Below, one piece after another: positions 30,899 through 38,507 of a DNA stretch of 38,507 nt. The stretch covers positions 1 to 38,507 of the forward strand of contig CAYXNI010000001.1 of the NCBI GenBank assembly GCA_964466285.1. The letters run 5' to 3'. The notes beneath the pieces are model-generated. The model worked only from the letters and a program-made list of their open reading frames with translations, searched no databases and was not told the origin of the DNA. This stretch comes from an uncultured Planctomycetota bacterium (lineage in GTDB: Bacteria; Planctomycetota; PUPC01). The number at the start of each line of letters is the position of its first letter. Position 1 is the stretch's first letter. The position numbers were made by a program, and so were the translations under genes.

Positions 30899-33800
30899 GC
30901 CTTGGCCGGCGAAGGCGGCGGACAGGTCGTTCACGCCGAAGGGCTTCTTGAGGATGGCGTGGGCGGCGGAGCGGCAGTCACCGGGAATGGCGCTGGGATC
31001 AAAGGCGGTGATGATGATGATCTTGGCGTCGGGCCGGACTTTCTTGATTTCGCAGCAGGAGCGGGCGCCGTCCTTCGTGCCGGGCATGAGGAGGTCGAGG
31101 AAGACGTAGGCGAAGGGCTTCTCGCGGCAGGCGCGGACGGCTTCCTCGCCGTTGGTGACGGCAACGACGTCGTAGCCCTGGCCCTCGAGGTAGTCCTTGA
31201 GCCAGAAGCGCATGAGCTCGTCGTCGTCGGCCACGAGCATCGATGTTCCCTTGGGCGGCATGGGCAGAGCCGACGGGCTGGCCATGGAAGAGGCCGTGGG
31301 GGCGGAGCGCACAGGCAACCGGATGGTGAAGACGGCGCCCTGCCCCGGCTGGCTCTTGACGTCAATGGTTCCGCCATAGCCCTCGACGATGGCCCTGGAT
31401 TCGGGAAGGCCAAGGCCCAGGTGGGAAGGCTCGCCTCCCTCCGGCCCTGGGCCGCTCTTTGTGGTGAAGAACGGGTCGAAGAGGCGGGGCATGTCTTCGG
31501 GCCTGATCCCGGCGCCGGTGTCGCTGACGGCGATGATGATTTCCTGCTGTTCGTGGCGGACGGTGACGCGGATGTCGCCGTCATGACCGATGCTGTCGCT
31601 GGCGTTCGCGAGGAGGTTGAGGAGGATTTGGAGGATTTTGCCTTCGTTGACCCAGGTAAAGGGGACGGGCTGAACGTCCTCGAGCACGCGGATGCGGCGC
31701 TGGGAGAAGGCGGGCCCCATCATTTGGATGACCGTGGTGACGATGGTGCCGAGGTCGAGGAGTGATTCCTCGCCCGGGGAATCGGCCCTGGCGAAGGCGT
31801 TGAGCCGGCCGGCGATAGCCCCGCCACGCTCGGCGACGGCGCGGCAGGTTTCGAAGAGCCGGGGGACGAGGTCGAGGTTTGTGGCGGCGACGTCGGCCAG
31901 GCCCCGCAACCCGCCGAGGAGGTTGTTCATTTCGTGGGCGAGGCCGGACGCGAGGGTGCCGACGGCGGCGAGACGCTCGGCCCGGATGAGTCGCTCCTGG
32001 AGGCGGACTTCGCTGGTCACGTCGCGCGAGACAAAAAGCACCTGGAGCGCTTTCCCGGGGCCGGATTCGAGGGCGGAAGCGCGAGTGCTGATCCACAGGT
32101 CACGGCCGTCTTTGTGCCGGCAGGGGAGGCGGTTGTGGGCCCATAGGCCGTTCGCCCGGACGGCGTCGAGGATTTCACGGGCGAATGCGGCGGGGTCGAG
32201 CTCGGCCCGGAGCAGGCCCTGGAGGCTTTTCTGCCCGACCATTTCCTGCTCGGAGTATCCGAACACTTGCTGGGCGCCCGTGTTCCAATAGGTGACGGTG
32301 GTGTCTTCGGTGGCGACGGCGACGGCGTCGGTTACGCTGGCGAGGATCGTGGCTTGGCGGTCAATGTTTTCGCGGGCCTTGACCGATTGGGTCACATCTC
32401 GAATAATCGCGAGCCGGAGTTTCCGGCCCTGGAGCTCAAGGGGCGCGGCGGTGACATCCACCCAGATAACGGAGCCATCCTTCCTGCGGTGGTGGTGGAT
32501 GGGCGAGCAAACGGCGGCCGGGCTACGAACGTTCTTCCGGACCATTTCCCAGAAGGCTTCTCGCTCGTTCTCGGGAATAATAACCGAGATCGGCCGGCCG
32601 AGCAGTTCCTCGCGCGTGTAGCCGTATTCCGTCAGCAACACGCCGTTCACGGCCGCGATCTCGGCGGTCTCGGGATTGTAGATGACGACGGGGTCGGGGA
32701 TCGTTTCGTAGATCGTGCGATAGCGTTGCTCGCTCTTCTGAAGCTCTTCTTCGGCCTTCACGCGTTCGGTCACATCGCGTGCCACGCCGAGTACGCCCGA
32801 GATTGCCCCCTTCGGGGTTCGGAGCGGGGTCAGGCGGGTGTCGAGCCAGACTTTGCGGTCGCGGAACGTGATTTCATCCTGGGCTGCGCGCGGCTGACCT
32901 GATTCCAGAACAGAGCGTATGTTGTGTTCGAGACGATCGCCGACGCCGGGAGGGAAGAGCTCCGTGATCTGGATGCCCATCGCGGCATCGCGCCCCTGGC
33001 CCATCGCTTCTTCCGCGGCGGCGTTCCAGTATTGGATTCGGTATTCACGGTCGATGATGAAGATGTGCTCCTGCGCACTTTCGGCAAGGGTGCGGTATCG
33101 CTCTTCGCTTTCGCGCATGGCGTCTTCGGCGCGCTTGCGGTCCGTGATGTCTTCGGCCGTGCCCTCGTAGTACATGACGTTGCCCGCCTCGTCGCGGACG
33201 GCCCTGGCGCTCTCGCGGACGAACAAGGTTGTGCCGTCGTGGCGCGTCCAGGCGGACTCGCTTCCTCTGACTTGGCCGTCGCGCTCGACCCGTTTCTTGA
33301 ACTCTGCGCGGGCGTACGCCGGCTCATAGCCGGTGTCCTCGAGGTTCCGACGCACAAGGTCGCGGAACGAGGTGTACCCGAGCATCCGGATGAGCGCCGG
33401 GTTGGCCATGAGGATGCGGCCGTCGGGGGTGGTGCGATAGAGGCCGACGGAGGCGTTCCGAAACAGGCTGCGGAAGCGCTCCTTGGACTCGCGGAGCGCT
33501 TTTTCGGCGGCCTCGCGCTCAGCCATCTGGCGTTTCAGTTTGCGGTTGACGGCTTCGAGTTCGGCCGTGCGCTGGGCGACGCGGCGTTCGAGGTCCTCGT
33601 TGAGGCGCCGGATTTCGCCCTCCGCGCTCTTGCCCTTGGTGATGTCGCGGTGGGTGGAGACCCACACCGTGCCGTATCGCAGGGAGTTCCAGGTGGAGAT
33701 GCTGGCCCGGCCCCAGAAAAGGGTGCCGTCTTTCCGGACGTTGTGAACTTCTCCGACCCAGACGCCCTCGCATTTCAGGGCGTCCATGATTTCACGGGCG

Positions 33801-34477
33801 ACGTCTTCAGGGGTCTTGTCCGCGCTCGGAGCGTTCAGGACGCTGGCGTTCCTGCCGTTGAGTTCCCCGGGATCATAGCCGAACATAGCTTCGAAGCGCG
33901 GGTTGGCGTAGATGATCTTGGCGTCCGTGGCGCTGACGACCACCGCTCCGTCCCACATGTTGGAGACGATTTCGCTTTGGAGGCGCAGGTCTTCTTCTAT
34001 TTGGCGGCGTTCGCTGATGTCGCGGAGTACGCTGACAAAACAGGGCTCCGGCCCTTGCGTGTGAAGCCGGCCGAATTCCTCAACGTCGGCGATGCTGCCG
34101 TCCTTGCACACAAGCCGGAAATACGAGGGAAAGACCTCACCGGCCAAACCGCGTTTGAATTCCTCCATGGCCCGCGCCACGTCGTCCGGGTGCAGGAAGT
34201 CGGTGAAGGGACGTCCGACGACATCCTGGAGGTCGTAACCGTATCGCGAGACCTGGGGGCTGCAATATGTGATGACGCCTTGCGTGTTGATGAAGAAGCT
34301 GGGGTCGTTGGTGCTCTCGACGAGGCTGCGGTAGAAGTCACGGTCCGCGATCGCCGCCTTGTGCTCGGCGCGCAGCTTTTCGCATCGGCGCAGCTTGCGC
34401 TGGGCGTTGCCGAGTTCGGCTTCGGCGGCGGCGAGACGCTTCGAGAGTTCTTTTACGGCCGGTCTGCTGGCAGTCAT
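30887..34477 (-). CDS. hybrid sensor histidine kinase: coiled-coil, multiple PAS/PAC domains, HisKA, HATPase_c and a C-terminal receiver
   Basis: 1196 aa. Many PAS-like units (repeated motifs such as R.DG....V). H-box LASGLAHEMNNLL, G-boxes DTGAGI and GLGLPESRAIVEGYGG, and a receiver domain MLVADDDELMR...FLDLLMPG...KKPF. Confidence 0.9.
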   Translation of the reverse strand: MTASRPAVKELSKRLAAAEAELGNAQRKLRRCEKLRAEHKAAIADRDFYRSLVESTNDPSFFINTQGVITYCSPQVSRYGYDLQDVVGRPFTDFLHPDDVARAMEEFKRGLAGEVFPSYFRLVCKDGSIADVEEFGRLHTQGPEPCFVSVLRDISERRQIEEDLRLQSEIVSNMWDGAVVVSATDAKIIYANPRFEAMFGYDPGELNGRNASVLNAPSADKTPEDVAREIMDALKCEGVWVGEVHNVRKDGTLFWGRASISTWNSLRYGTVWVSTHRDITKGKSAEGEIRRLNEDLERRVAQRTAELEAVNRKLKRQMAEREAAEKALRESKERFRSLFRNASVGLYRTTPDGRILMANPALIRMLGYTSFRDLVRRNLEDTGYEPAYARAEFKKRVERDGQVRGSESAWTRHDGTTLFVRESARAVRDEAGNVMYYEGTAEDITDRKRAEDAMRESEERYRTLAESAQEHIFIIDREYRIQYWNAAAEEAMGQGRDAAMGIQITELFPPGVGDRLEHNIRSVLESGQPRAAQDEITFRDRKVWLDTRLTPLRTPKGAISGVLGVARDVTERVKAEEELQKSEQRYRTIYETIPDPVVIYNPETAEIAAVNGVLLTEYGYTREELLGRPISVIIPENEREAFWEMVRKNVRSPAAVCSPIHHHRRKDGSVIWVDVTAAPLELQGRKLRLAIIRDVTQSVKARENIDRQATILASVTDAVAVATEDTTVTYWNTGAQQVFGYSEQEMVGQKSLQGLLRAELDPAAFAREILDAVRANGLWAHNRLPCRHKDGRDLWISTRASALESGPGKALQVLFVSRDVTSEVRLQERLIRAERLAAVGTLASGLAHEMNNLLGGLRGLADVAATNLDLVPRLFETCRAVAERGGAIAGRLNAFARADSPGEESLLDLGTIVTTVIQMMGPAFSQRRIRVLEDVQPVPFTWVNEGKILQILLNLLANASDSIGHDGDIRVTVRHEQQEIIIAVSDTGAGIRPEDMPRLFDPFFTTKSGPGPEGGEPSHLGLGLPESRAIVEGYGGTIDVKSQPGQGAVFTIRLPVRSAPTASSMASPSALPMPPKGTSMLVADDDELMRFWLKDYLEGQGYDVVAVTNGEEAVRACREKPFAYVFLDLLMPGTKDGARSCCEIKKVRPDAKIIIITAFDPSAIPGDCRSAAHAILKKPFGVNDLSAAFAGQGAPA

Positions 34478-34518
34478 ATGGCATCTGTCCCCTTACAGGT
34501 TCCCGGAGAGACACCTTT

Positions 34519-34546
34519 ATTGTAGGGAGAAAACGTCCAGGCTCAA
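34519..34546 (-). promoter_or_regulatory. candidate promoter TTGAGC-N16-TACAAT for the histidine kinase
   Basis: The minus strand reads TTGAGC (34546-34541), a 16-nt spacer, then TACAAT (34524-34519), about 42 nt upstream of the ATG at 34477. Confidence 0.4.
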
Positions 34547-34563
34547 GTTCAAAGTGAGGTGCT

Positions 34564-34582
34564 CAGCCGCCGGGGGCGGCTG
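34564..34582 (-). terminator. GC hairpin downstream of ftsK (no U-tract)
   Basis: cagccgcc-ggg-ggcggctg, 15 nt after the ftsK stop. The lack of a T-run makes an intrinsic terminator function uncertain. Confidence 0.3.
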
Positions 34583-34596
34583 TGGCGGATCCGGGC

Positions 34597-37122
34597 TCAC
34601 CGGGCACGGGCGCTCTCTTCGGCGTCGTCGATGTCGCCGCCGTCGTCAAGGTCCTCGTCGGCGTAGTCGTCGCGCTCGGACGCGGGCTTGTTGGAGGTGC
34701 GCTGTTCCGGCGGGATGCCGCGTTTCTCTTCCCACTGTTCGAGGGTCATGACGACTTCGCGGGCCTTGGAGCCTTTGTAGCCGCCGACGATGCCCTCTGC
34801 GGCCATCATGTCGACGAGGCGTGCGGAGCGGCCGTAGCCGATGGTGAGCTTGCGTTGGAGGAGCGAGACGCTGCCGCGGCGGGATTCGAGGACGATGCGG
34901 CAGGCGGTGTCGTAGAGCGGGTCGGGGCCGTACTCCTCGCCGCCGTTCTCACCGTCGTAGGCTTCTTTGTCTCGGCCGAGCTGTTTGACGTTCATGAGGT
35001 AGGCTGGCTCGCCCTGTTTCTTGACGAACTCGCAGATGTTCTTGATTTCGCGGTCGCTGCAGTAGGTTCCCTGGACGCGGACGAGGTCGGAGGTGCCTGG
35101 CGGGATGAAGAGGAGGTCGCCGGAGCCGAGGAGTTTCTCGGCCCCGTTCCGGTCGAGGATGGTGCGGGAGTCGACCTTGGATGTGGTCTGGAACGAGATG
35201 CGGGTGGGCAGGTTGGACTTGATGAGTCCGGTGATAACGTCGACGGAGGGCCGCTGCGTGGCGAGGACGATGTGGATGCCGACGCCTCTGGATTTCTGGG
35301 CCAGGCGAGTGATGAAAATCTCCACCTCCTTCGAGGCGACCATCATCATGTCGGCCAGCTCGTCAACCACGATCACGATGTACGGCATGTGCACCGGGAT
35401 TTCGTCCTCATCCCAGTCGTCGCCCAGGCGGTCGCGCATGCCCCGTTCACCGAGCTTGTTGTACTGTGTGATGTGACGGACGCCGACGCGCGCGAGCATG
35501 TCGTAGCGTTCGTCCATCTGCTTCGTCGCCCACTCGAGGACGTAGGGCGCTCGTTTCATGTCCGTGACGACCGGGGTGAGCAGGTGCGGTATGCGCTCGA
35601 ACATGCCGAGGTCCACCATCTTGGGGTCTACGAGGATGAGGCGGACGTCCTCGGGCTTGTGGAGCATGAGGATGGTGACGATGATGGAGTTGAGGCACAC
35701 GGACTTGCCGGAGCCGGTCGCGCCCGCGATCAGGAGGTGGGGCATGCGGGTGAGGTCGCTCAGGATCGGAGTGCCGGAGGCGTCCTTGCCAAGGAGGATC
35801 GGAAGGAGGAGCTTGTCTTTCTTGACATGGTACTCCTCGCAGGTCATCAGCTCGATCATCTGGACGATTTCTTTGATGGGGTTGGGGACCTCGACGCCAA
35901 CAGTGCCTTTGCCGGGGATGGGGGCGACGACGCGGACGCTCGGGGCCTTGACGGCCATGGCAATGTCGTCGGACAGGCTGGTCACGCGGTTGACCTTGAT
36001 GCCGGGCGCCAGGGCCATTTCGTAGCGGGTGACGGACGGGCCGCGCTCAATGCCGACCACCTGTGCGCCGATGCCGAACTCGGACAGTGTGCGCTCGAGG
36101 ATCAAGCTGTTCTCGCGGATGGAGGCTTCAAGATACTGGGCATCGAATGGTGCAAGCAGGTCGAGGAGCGAGAGGGGCGGGAGTTGGTAATCGGCGCCGA
36201 CCACGGACGCGGGCACGACGGCGATCTTGCCGATGGCGGCCTTGGCCGGGCTGTTGGACCGGATCGGCGGCGGGAGTTTCTCCTCGGGGAGACGGCCGTC
36301 CTTGTCGCCCGTCTTGGCCGGGGTTTCAGGTTTCACCTGCGCTGGTGCCGCGGCCGCGACAGCCGTGGCGCGAGCGGCGGCGACGGAGGCTGCGGCGGCG
36401 GCCGGGACCGCCGTGGCCGGGGTCGAGAGCTTGACGGCCGGGGCCGCGGAAGGGACAAGCCTGGGCGCTGCGGCCGTGGCGGCCCCCTGAACCGCCGGCT
36501 TCACGGCCACGGGCTTGACAGGCGCAGCCTTGGCGGTGATGACGCCGGGGCGCGTCTGCCGAATAGCCTGCCACTTCTTCAGTCCTTCGCCCACCCGCTT
36601 CAGGGCCCAGATCGCGAGGTCGTCGGCGGAGGTCAGGAGCCCGCCTATGGAGAAGAGGAGTACGGTAACCAGCCAGGAACCTAACCTGCCGAAGTGATCG
36701 AGGAGGACGCGGGCCGCGGCAACGCCGGCGACCCCGCCGGCGCCCGGCATGCTGGAAGTTCCAGGTCCGATGAGCTGTGCGGCGGCAGACGCGGAGGCCA
36801 GCATCAGGATGGCGCCGGCCACGCTCATCCAGGCGTCGAGCAGGTCGCGCTTGGCCAGGCAACGGATGGCGAAGCCCACGGCCAGAGCGACCGCCAAGTA
36901 CGAGGCGACTCCGAAGTTGAAGAACAGCCACTGGGCAAGCTGGGCGCCGAGCTTGCCGCAGACGTTCCGGAATGCGCCGGTGACCGGCCAGTGGGTCTGG
37001 GGCAAGTCGGTGCTGGTGAACGTGACCAGGCTCAGGAGCATGAAGAGGGCGACGAAGACCAGCACGAGGCTGGTCACGCGGCGGCGGATCATCACGAATT
37101 TTTCAGCCGATTCGGGCGTCAC
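34597..37122 (-). CDS. ftsK: DNA translocase FtsK
   Basis: 841 aa. N-terminal TM segments, an Ala/Pro-rich linker, a motor domain with Walker A AGATGSGKSV, and a C-terminal gamma (winged-helix) domain SVSLLQRKLTIGYGRSARLVDMM. GTG start preceded by GGAGG. Confidence 0.93.
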   Translation of the reverse strand: MTPESAEKFVMIRRRVTSLVLVFVALFMLLSLVTFTSTDLPQTHWPVTGAFRNVCGKLGAQLAQWLFFNFGVASYLAVALAVGFAIRCLAKRDLLDAWMSVAGAILMLASASAAAQLIGPGTSSMPGAGGVAGVAAARVLLDHFGRLGSWLVTVLLFSIGGLLTSADDLAIWALKRVGEGLKKWQAIRQTRPGVITAKAAPVKPVAVKPAVQGAATAAAPRLVPSAAPAVKLSTPATAVPAAAAASVAAARATAVAAAAPAQVKPETPAKTGDKDGRLPEEKLPPPIRSNSPAKAAIGKIAVVPASVVGADYQLPPLSLLDLLAPFDAQYLEASIRENSLILERTLSEFGIGAQVVGIERGPSVTRYEMALAPGIKVNRVTSLSDDIAMAVKAPSVRVVAPIPGKGTVGVEVPNPIKEIVQMIELMTCEEYHVKKDKLLLPILLGKDASGTPILSDLTRMPHLLIAGATGSGKSVCLNSIIVTILMLHKPEDVRLILVDPKMVDLGMFERIPHLLTPVVTDMKRAPYVLEWATKQMDERYDMLARVGVRHITQYNKLGERGMRDRLGDDWDEDEIPVHMPYIVIVVDELADMMMVASKEVEIFITRLAQKSRGVGIHIVLATQRPSVDVITGLIKSNLPTRISFQTTSKVDSRTILDRNGAEKLLGSGDLLFIPPGTSDLVRVQGTYCSDREIKNICEFVKKQGEPAYLMNVKQLGRDKEAYDGENGGEEYGPDPLYDTACRIVLESRRGSVSLLQRKLTIGYGRSARLVDMMAAEGIVGGYKGSKAREVVMTLEQWEEKRGIPPEQRTSNKPASERDDYADEDLDDGGDIDDAEESARAR

Positions 37123-37125
37123 GGA

Positions 37126-37920
37126 CTACCTCCACGGAAAATACGCCAGCGCGGCGGCGGCCACCGCAAAGCAGTACGGCGAGAAGACCCAAAGCCCGAC
37201 CCGGCGGACGATCCTGAGGAGCAGGCGGAGGGCGAACCAGCTGGAGACGAGCGCGGCGGCGAAGCCGAGCGCGGCGGGAAGGGGGGCGAGTCCGAGCCCC
37301 GTGCCCGCCTTCCACAGCTTCAGGCCTTCCAGGCAGGCGGCTCCGGCGATCGCAGGGACACCCAGGAGGAAGGCGAACCGGACGGAGGCCTCGCGATCCA
37401 GTCCCAGCGACCGGCCGGTGCTGATCGTCATGCCGGAGCGCGATACGCCGGGAAGCAGGGCGACCGCCTGGGCGATGCCCACGGCGAAGACCTGTGTGCC
37501 GGCCATGTCGCGCTCGATGATCTTCTGGTTCCGGCGGCTGCGCGCGAGGAACTCCCCGGCGATCAGGGCCAGGCCGGTGACCATCAGGCAGAGGGCGACG
37601 GTCGTGGGCTGGTTGCTGACCTGCTCGAAGAAAGAGTGCAGGCCAAGGCCGAGGGCGGCGGCAGGCACGGTCGCGATGCAGATCGCAATGCCCAGGCGTC
37701 GGTCCTCGAAGAAGAGCCGGACGAGTTCGCGGCGGAAGACGATGACAATGGCCGCGAGCGAGGCAAGGTGGACGAGGACCGAGACCGCGAGGGGCAGGGA
37801 CTGGGTGCCCGGTTTCTCGATCAGGGCGGCATACAGTGCGAGATGGCCCGAGCTGCTGACGGGCAGAAATTCGGTGAGGCCCTGAACCAGGCCGTAGATG
37901 ATTGTCTCGAGCGCGGTCAT
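37126..37920 (-). CDS. uppP: undecaprenyl-diphosphate phosphatase
   Basis: ORF 37126-38016 trimmed to the ATG at 37920 (MTALETIIYGLVQGLTEFLPVSSSGHL, the canonical BacA/UppP N-terminus). 264 aa, polytopic. Its stop lies 3 nt before the ftsK start. Confidence 0.92.
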   Translation of the reverse strand: MTALETIIYGLVQGLTEFLPVSSSGHLALYAALIEKPGTQSLPLAVSVLVHLASLAAIVIVFRRELVRLFFEDRRLGIAICIATVPAAALGLGLHSFFEQVSNQPTTVALCLMVTGLALIAGEFLARSRRNQKIIERDMAGTQVFAVGIAQAVALLPGVSRSGMTISTGRSLGLDREASVRFAFLLGVPAIAGAACLEGLKLWKAGTGLGLAPLPAALGFAAALVSSWFALRLLLRIVRRVGLWVFSPYCFAVAAAALAYFPWR

Positions 37921-38176
37921 CAGGTGTTCCTTCCGGGCGCGGGCCGGATCGCCAACCGACAGGCGCGCAAGCGCTTGTGAATGGCCCGCGTTCTCTGGCA
38001 CCGGGCGGGGGCGCAATATCCCCTTTCCCGAGCGTACATACTAAATATCGTCACTGGATTGGGCGACCTTTAGCGAAAACCGCCCCTGGTGCCCGGCAGG
38101 TGGTCTCCGAGTTGCGGCGACTCGCCCGTGCGGGAGAGGCTGTGCCACGGTGAGCCGCGAAAAGGAGGCGAGCGGG

Positions 38177-38205
38177 TTGCCTGATGTGCGAAGTTGGGGT
38201 AGAAT
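38177..38205 (+). promoter_or_regulatory. candidate promoter TTGCCT-N17-TAGAAT with no annotated downstream gene in the window
   Basis: Hexamers at 38177-38182 and 38200-38205. Downstream lie a structured GC-rich stretch and a heptamer array, then the window ends. Confidence 0.3.
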
Positions 38206-38322
38206 GATTGCGGGTGAGGACCGGCGGCGCAGGAGGCGCGGGTCGTCGCGGCGCGATGATGCGGATGGGGCGTGGCGGAAAACCGCAGTCAGAACATTCG
38301 GACTGTCAGCCGGTTGTGGATT

Positions 38323-38345
38323 CTCACGGTGTCAGGCACCGTGAG
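38323..38345. other. perfect 9-bp stem-loop ctcacggtg-tcagg-caccgtgag
   Basis: Read directly. Not followed by a T-run. Confidence 0.8.
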
Positions 38346-38349
38346 ACGC

Positions 38350-38426
38350 TGGACGATGGACTGTGGACAAGGGGGGAGGGACAAGGAACAATGGAGGATG
38401 GAGAAGGGACGATGGATGATGGCCTG
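38350..38426. repeat. heptamer tandem array (11 units, consensus TGGACRA), reverse-complement orientation of the 17071 array
   Basis: tggacga tggactg tggacaa gggggga gggacaa ggaacaa tggagga tggagaa gggacga tggatga tggcctg, in 7-nt register from 38350. Confidence 0.9.
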
Positions 38427-38507
38427 CCACCGCCGGACGTGTTTCTTTTGGGCTAGCCCAACTTCCGCAGTTGAAGCGATTTTGAGACTATTTTGAAGGT
38501 GCCTGGG

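Noticed and set aside
34582-36684. 700-aa plus-strand ORF antisense to ftsK. Similar long shadow ORFs occur elsewhere, for example 17240-19270 antisense to asnB, 8471-9958 antisense to the SBP gene, 3650-4972, 2156-3481, 646-1545, 5635-6675 and 6813-7829.
   Set aside because: Their translations are low-complexity (Gly/Asp/Ala/Arg/Pro-rich) with no motifs. Each overlaps a gene with clear family signatures on the other strand or in another frame. This is the expected stop-codon depletion artefact of roughly 70% GC DNA.
38090-38175. gccacggtgagccgcgaaaaggaggcg, vaguely reminiscent of the GCCACTG...GGGAAGGCG part of cobalamin riboswitches.
   Set aside because: The other conserved cores (the AGGGAA/GGTGAAAATCC region and the B12 box) are absent, and no suitable downstream gene is visible. 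An Infernal scan would settle it.

Overview
38.5-kb high-GC bacterial chromosomal segment. My spot counts on single 60-nt lines give 73% GC inside asnB and 47-50% inside the accessory patches. I support about 30 protein genes and saw no rRNA, tRNA or CRISPR array by eye. The core is housekeeping: a partial nucleotide-sugar dehydrogenase, radA, serA, an AI-2E transporter, a family-5 ABC solute-binding protein, a LysM protein, ribF, AMMECR1, rmuC, a phosphoesterase/PEGA/HEAT operon, asnB, glyQS, an amino-acid permease fused to a PTS-EIIA-like domain, a TPR protein, a URO-D-family protein, a Gfo/Idh/MocA oxidoreductase, a 1196-aa multi-PAS hybrid histidine kinase, ftsK and uppP. Gene content and the intergenic oligomer repeats suggest a Planctomycetota/PVC-like organism, but that is only a guess. 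The stand-out region is 20394-23295. The 3' end of glyQS occurs three times in the same orientation, and the copies bracket two small accessory packets. One is a canonical hicA-hicB pair. The other is a mostly low-GC packet holding an orphan MNT-type nucleotidyltransferase, a possible truncated HEPN stub, and a tightly overlapping three-gene operon (unknown 222-aa protein, coiled-coil plus HicB-like protein, divergent HicA-like protein) that I cannot assign to any described system. Other items worth a second look: a 16-codon poly-lysine micro-ORF with a strong SD and a strong terminator; a low-GC GxxExxY gene flanked by inverted copies of a CACNAAGG repeat that also supplies stop codons to neighbouring genes; heptamer tandem arrays in inverse orientation at two loci; a 97-nt polypurine tract; a G-run tandem repeat; a perfect 25-nt palindrome; and a recurring TTGnnn-N16/17-TAnnAT promoter pattern upstream of many operons. 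All protein calls rest on my own motif recognition of the translated ORFs. No database search was possible.
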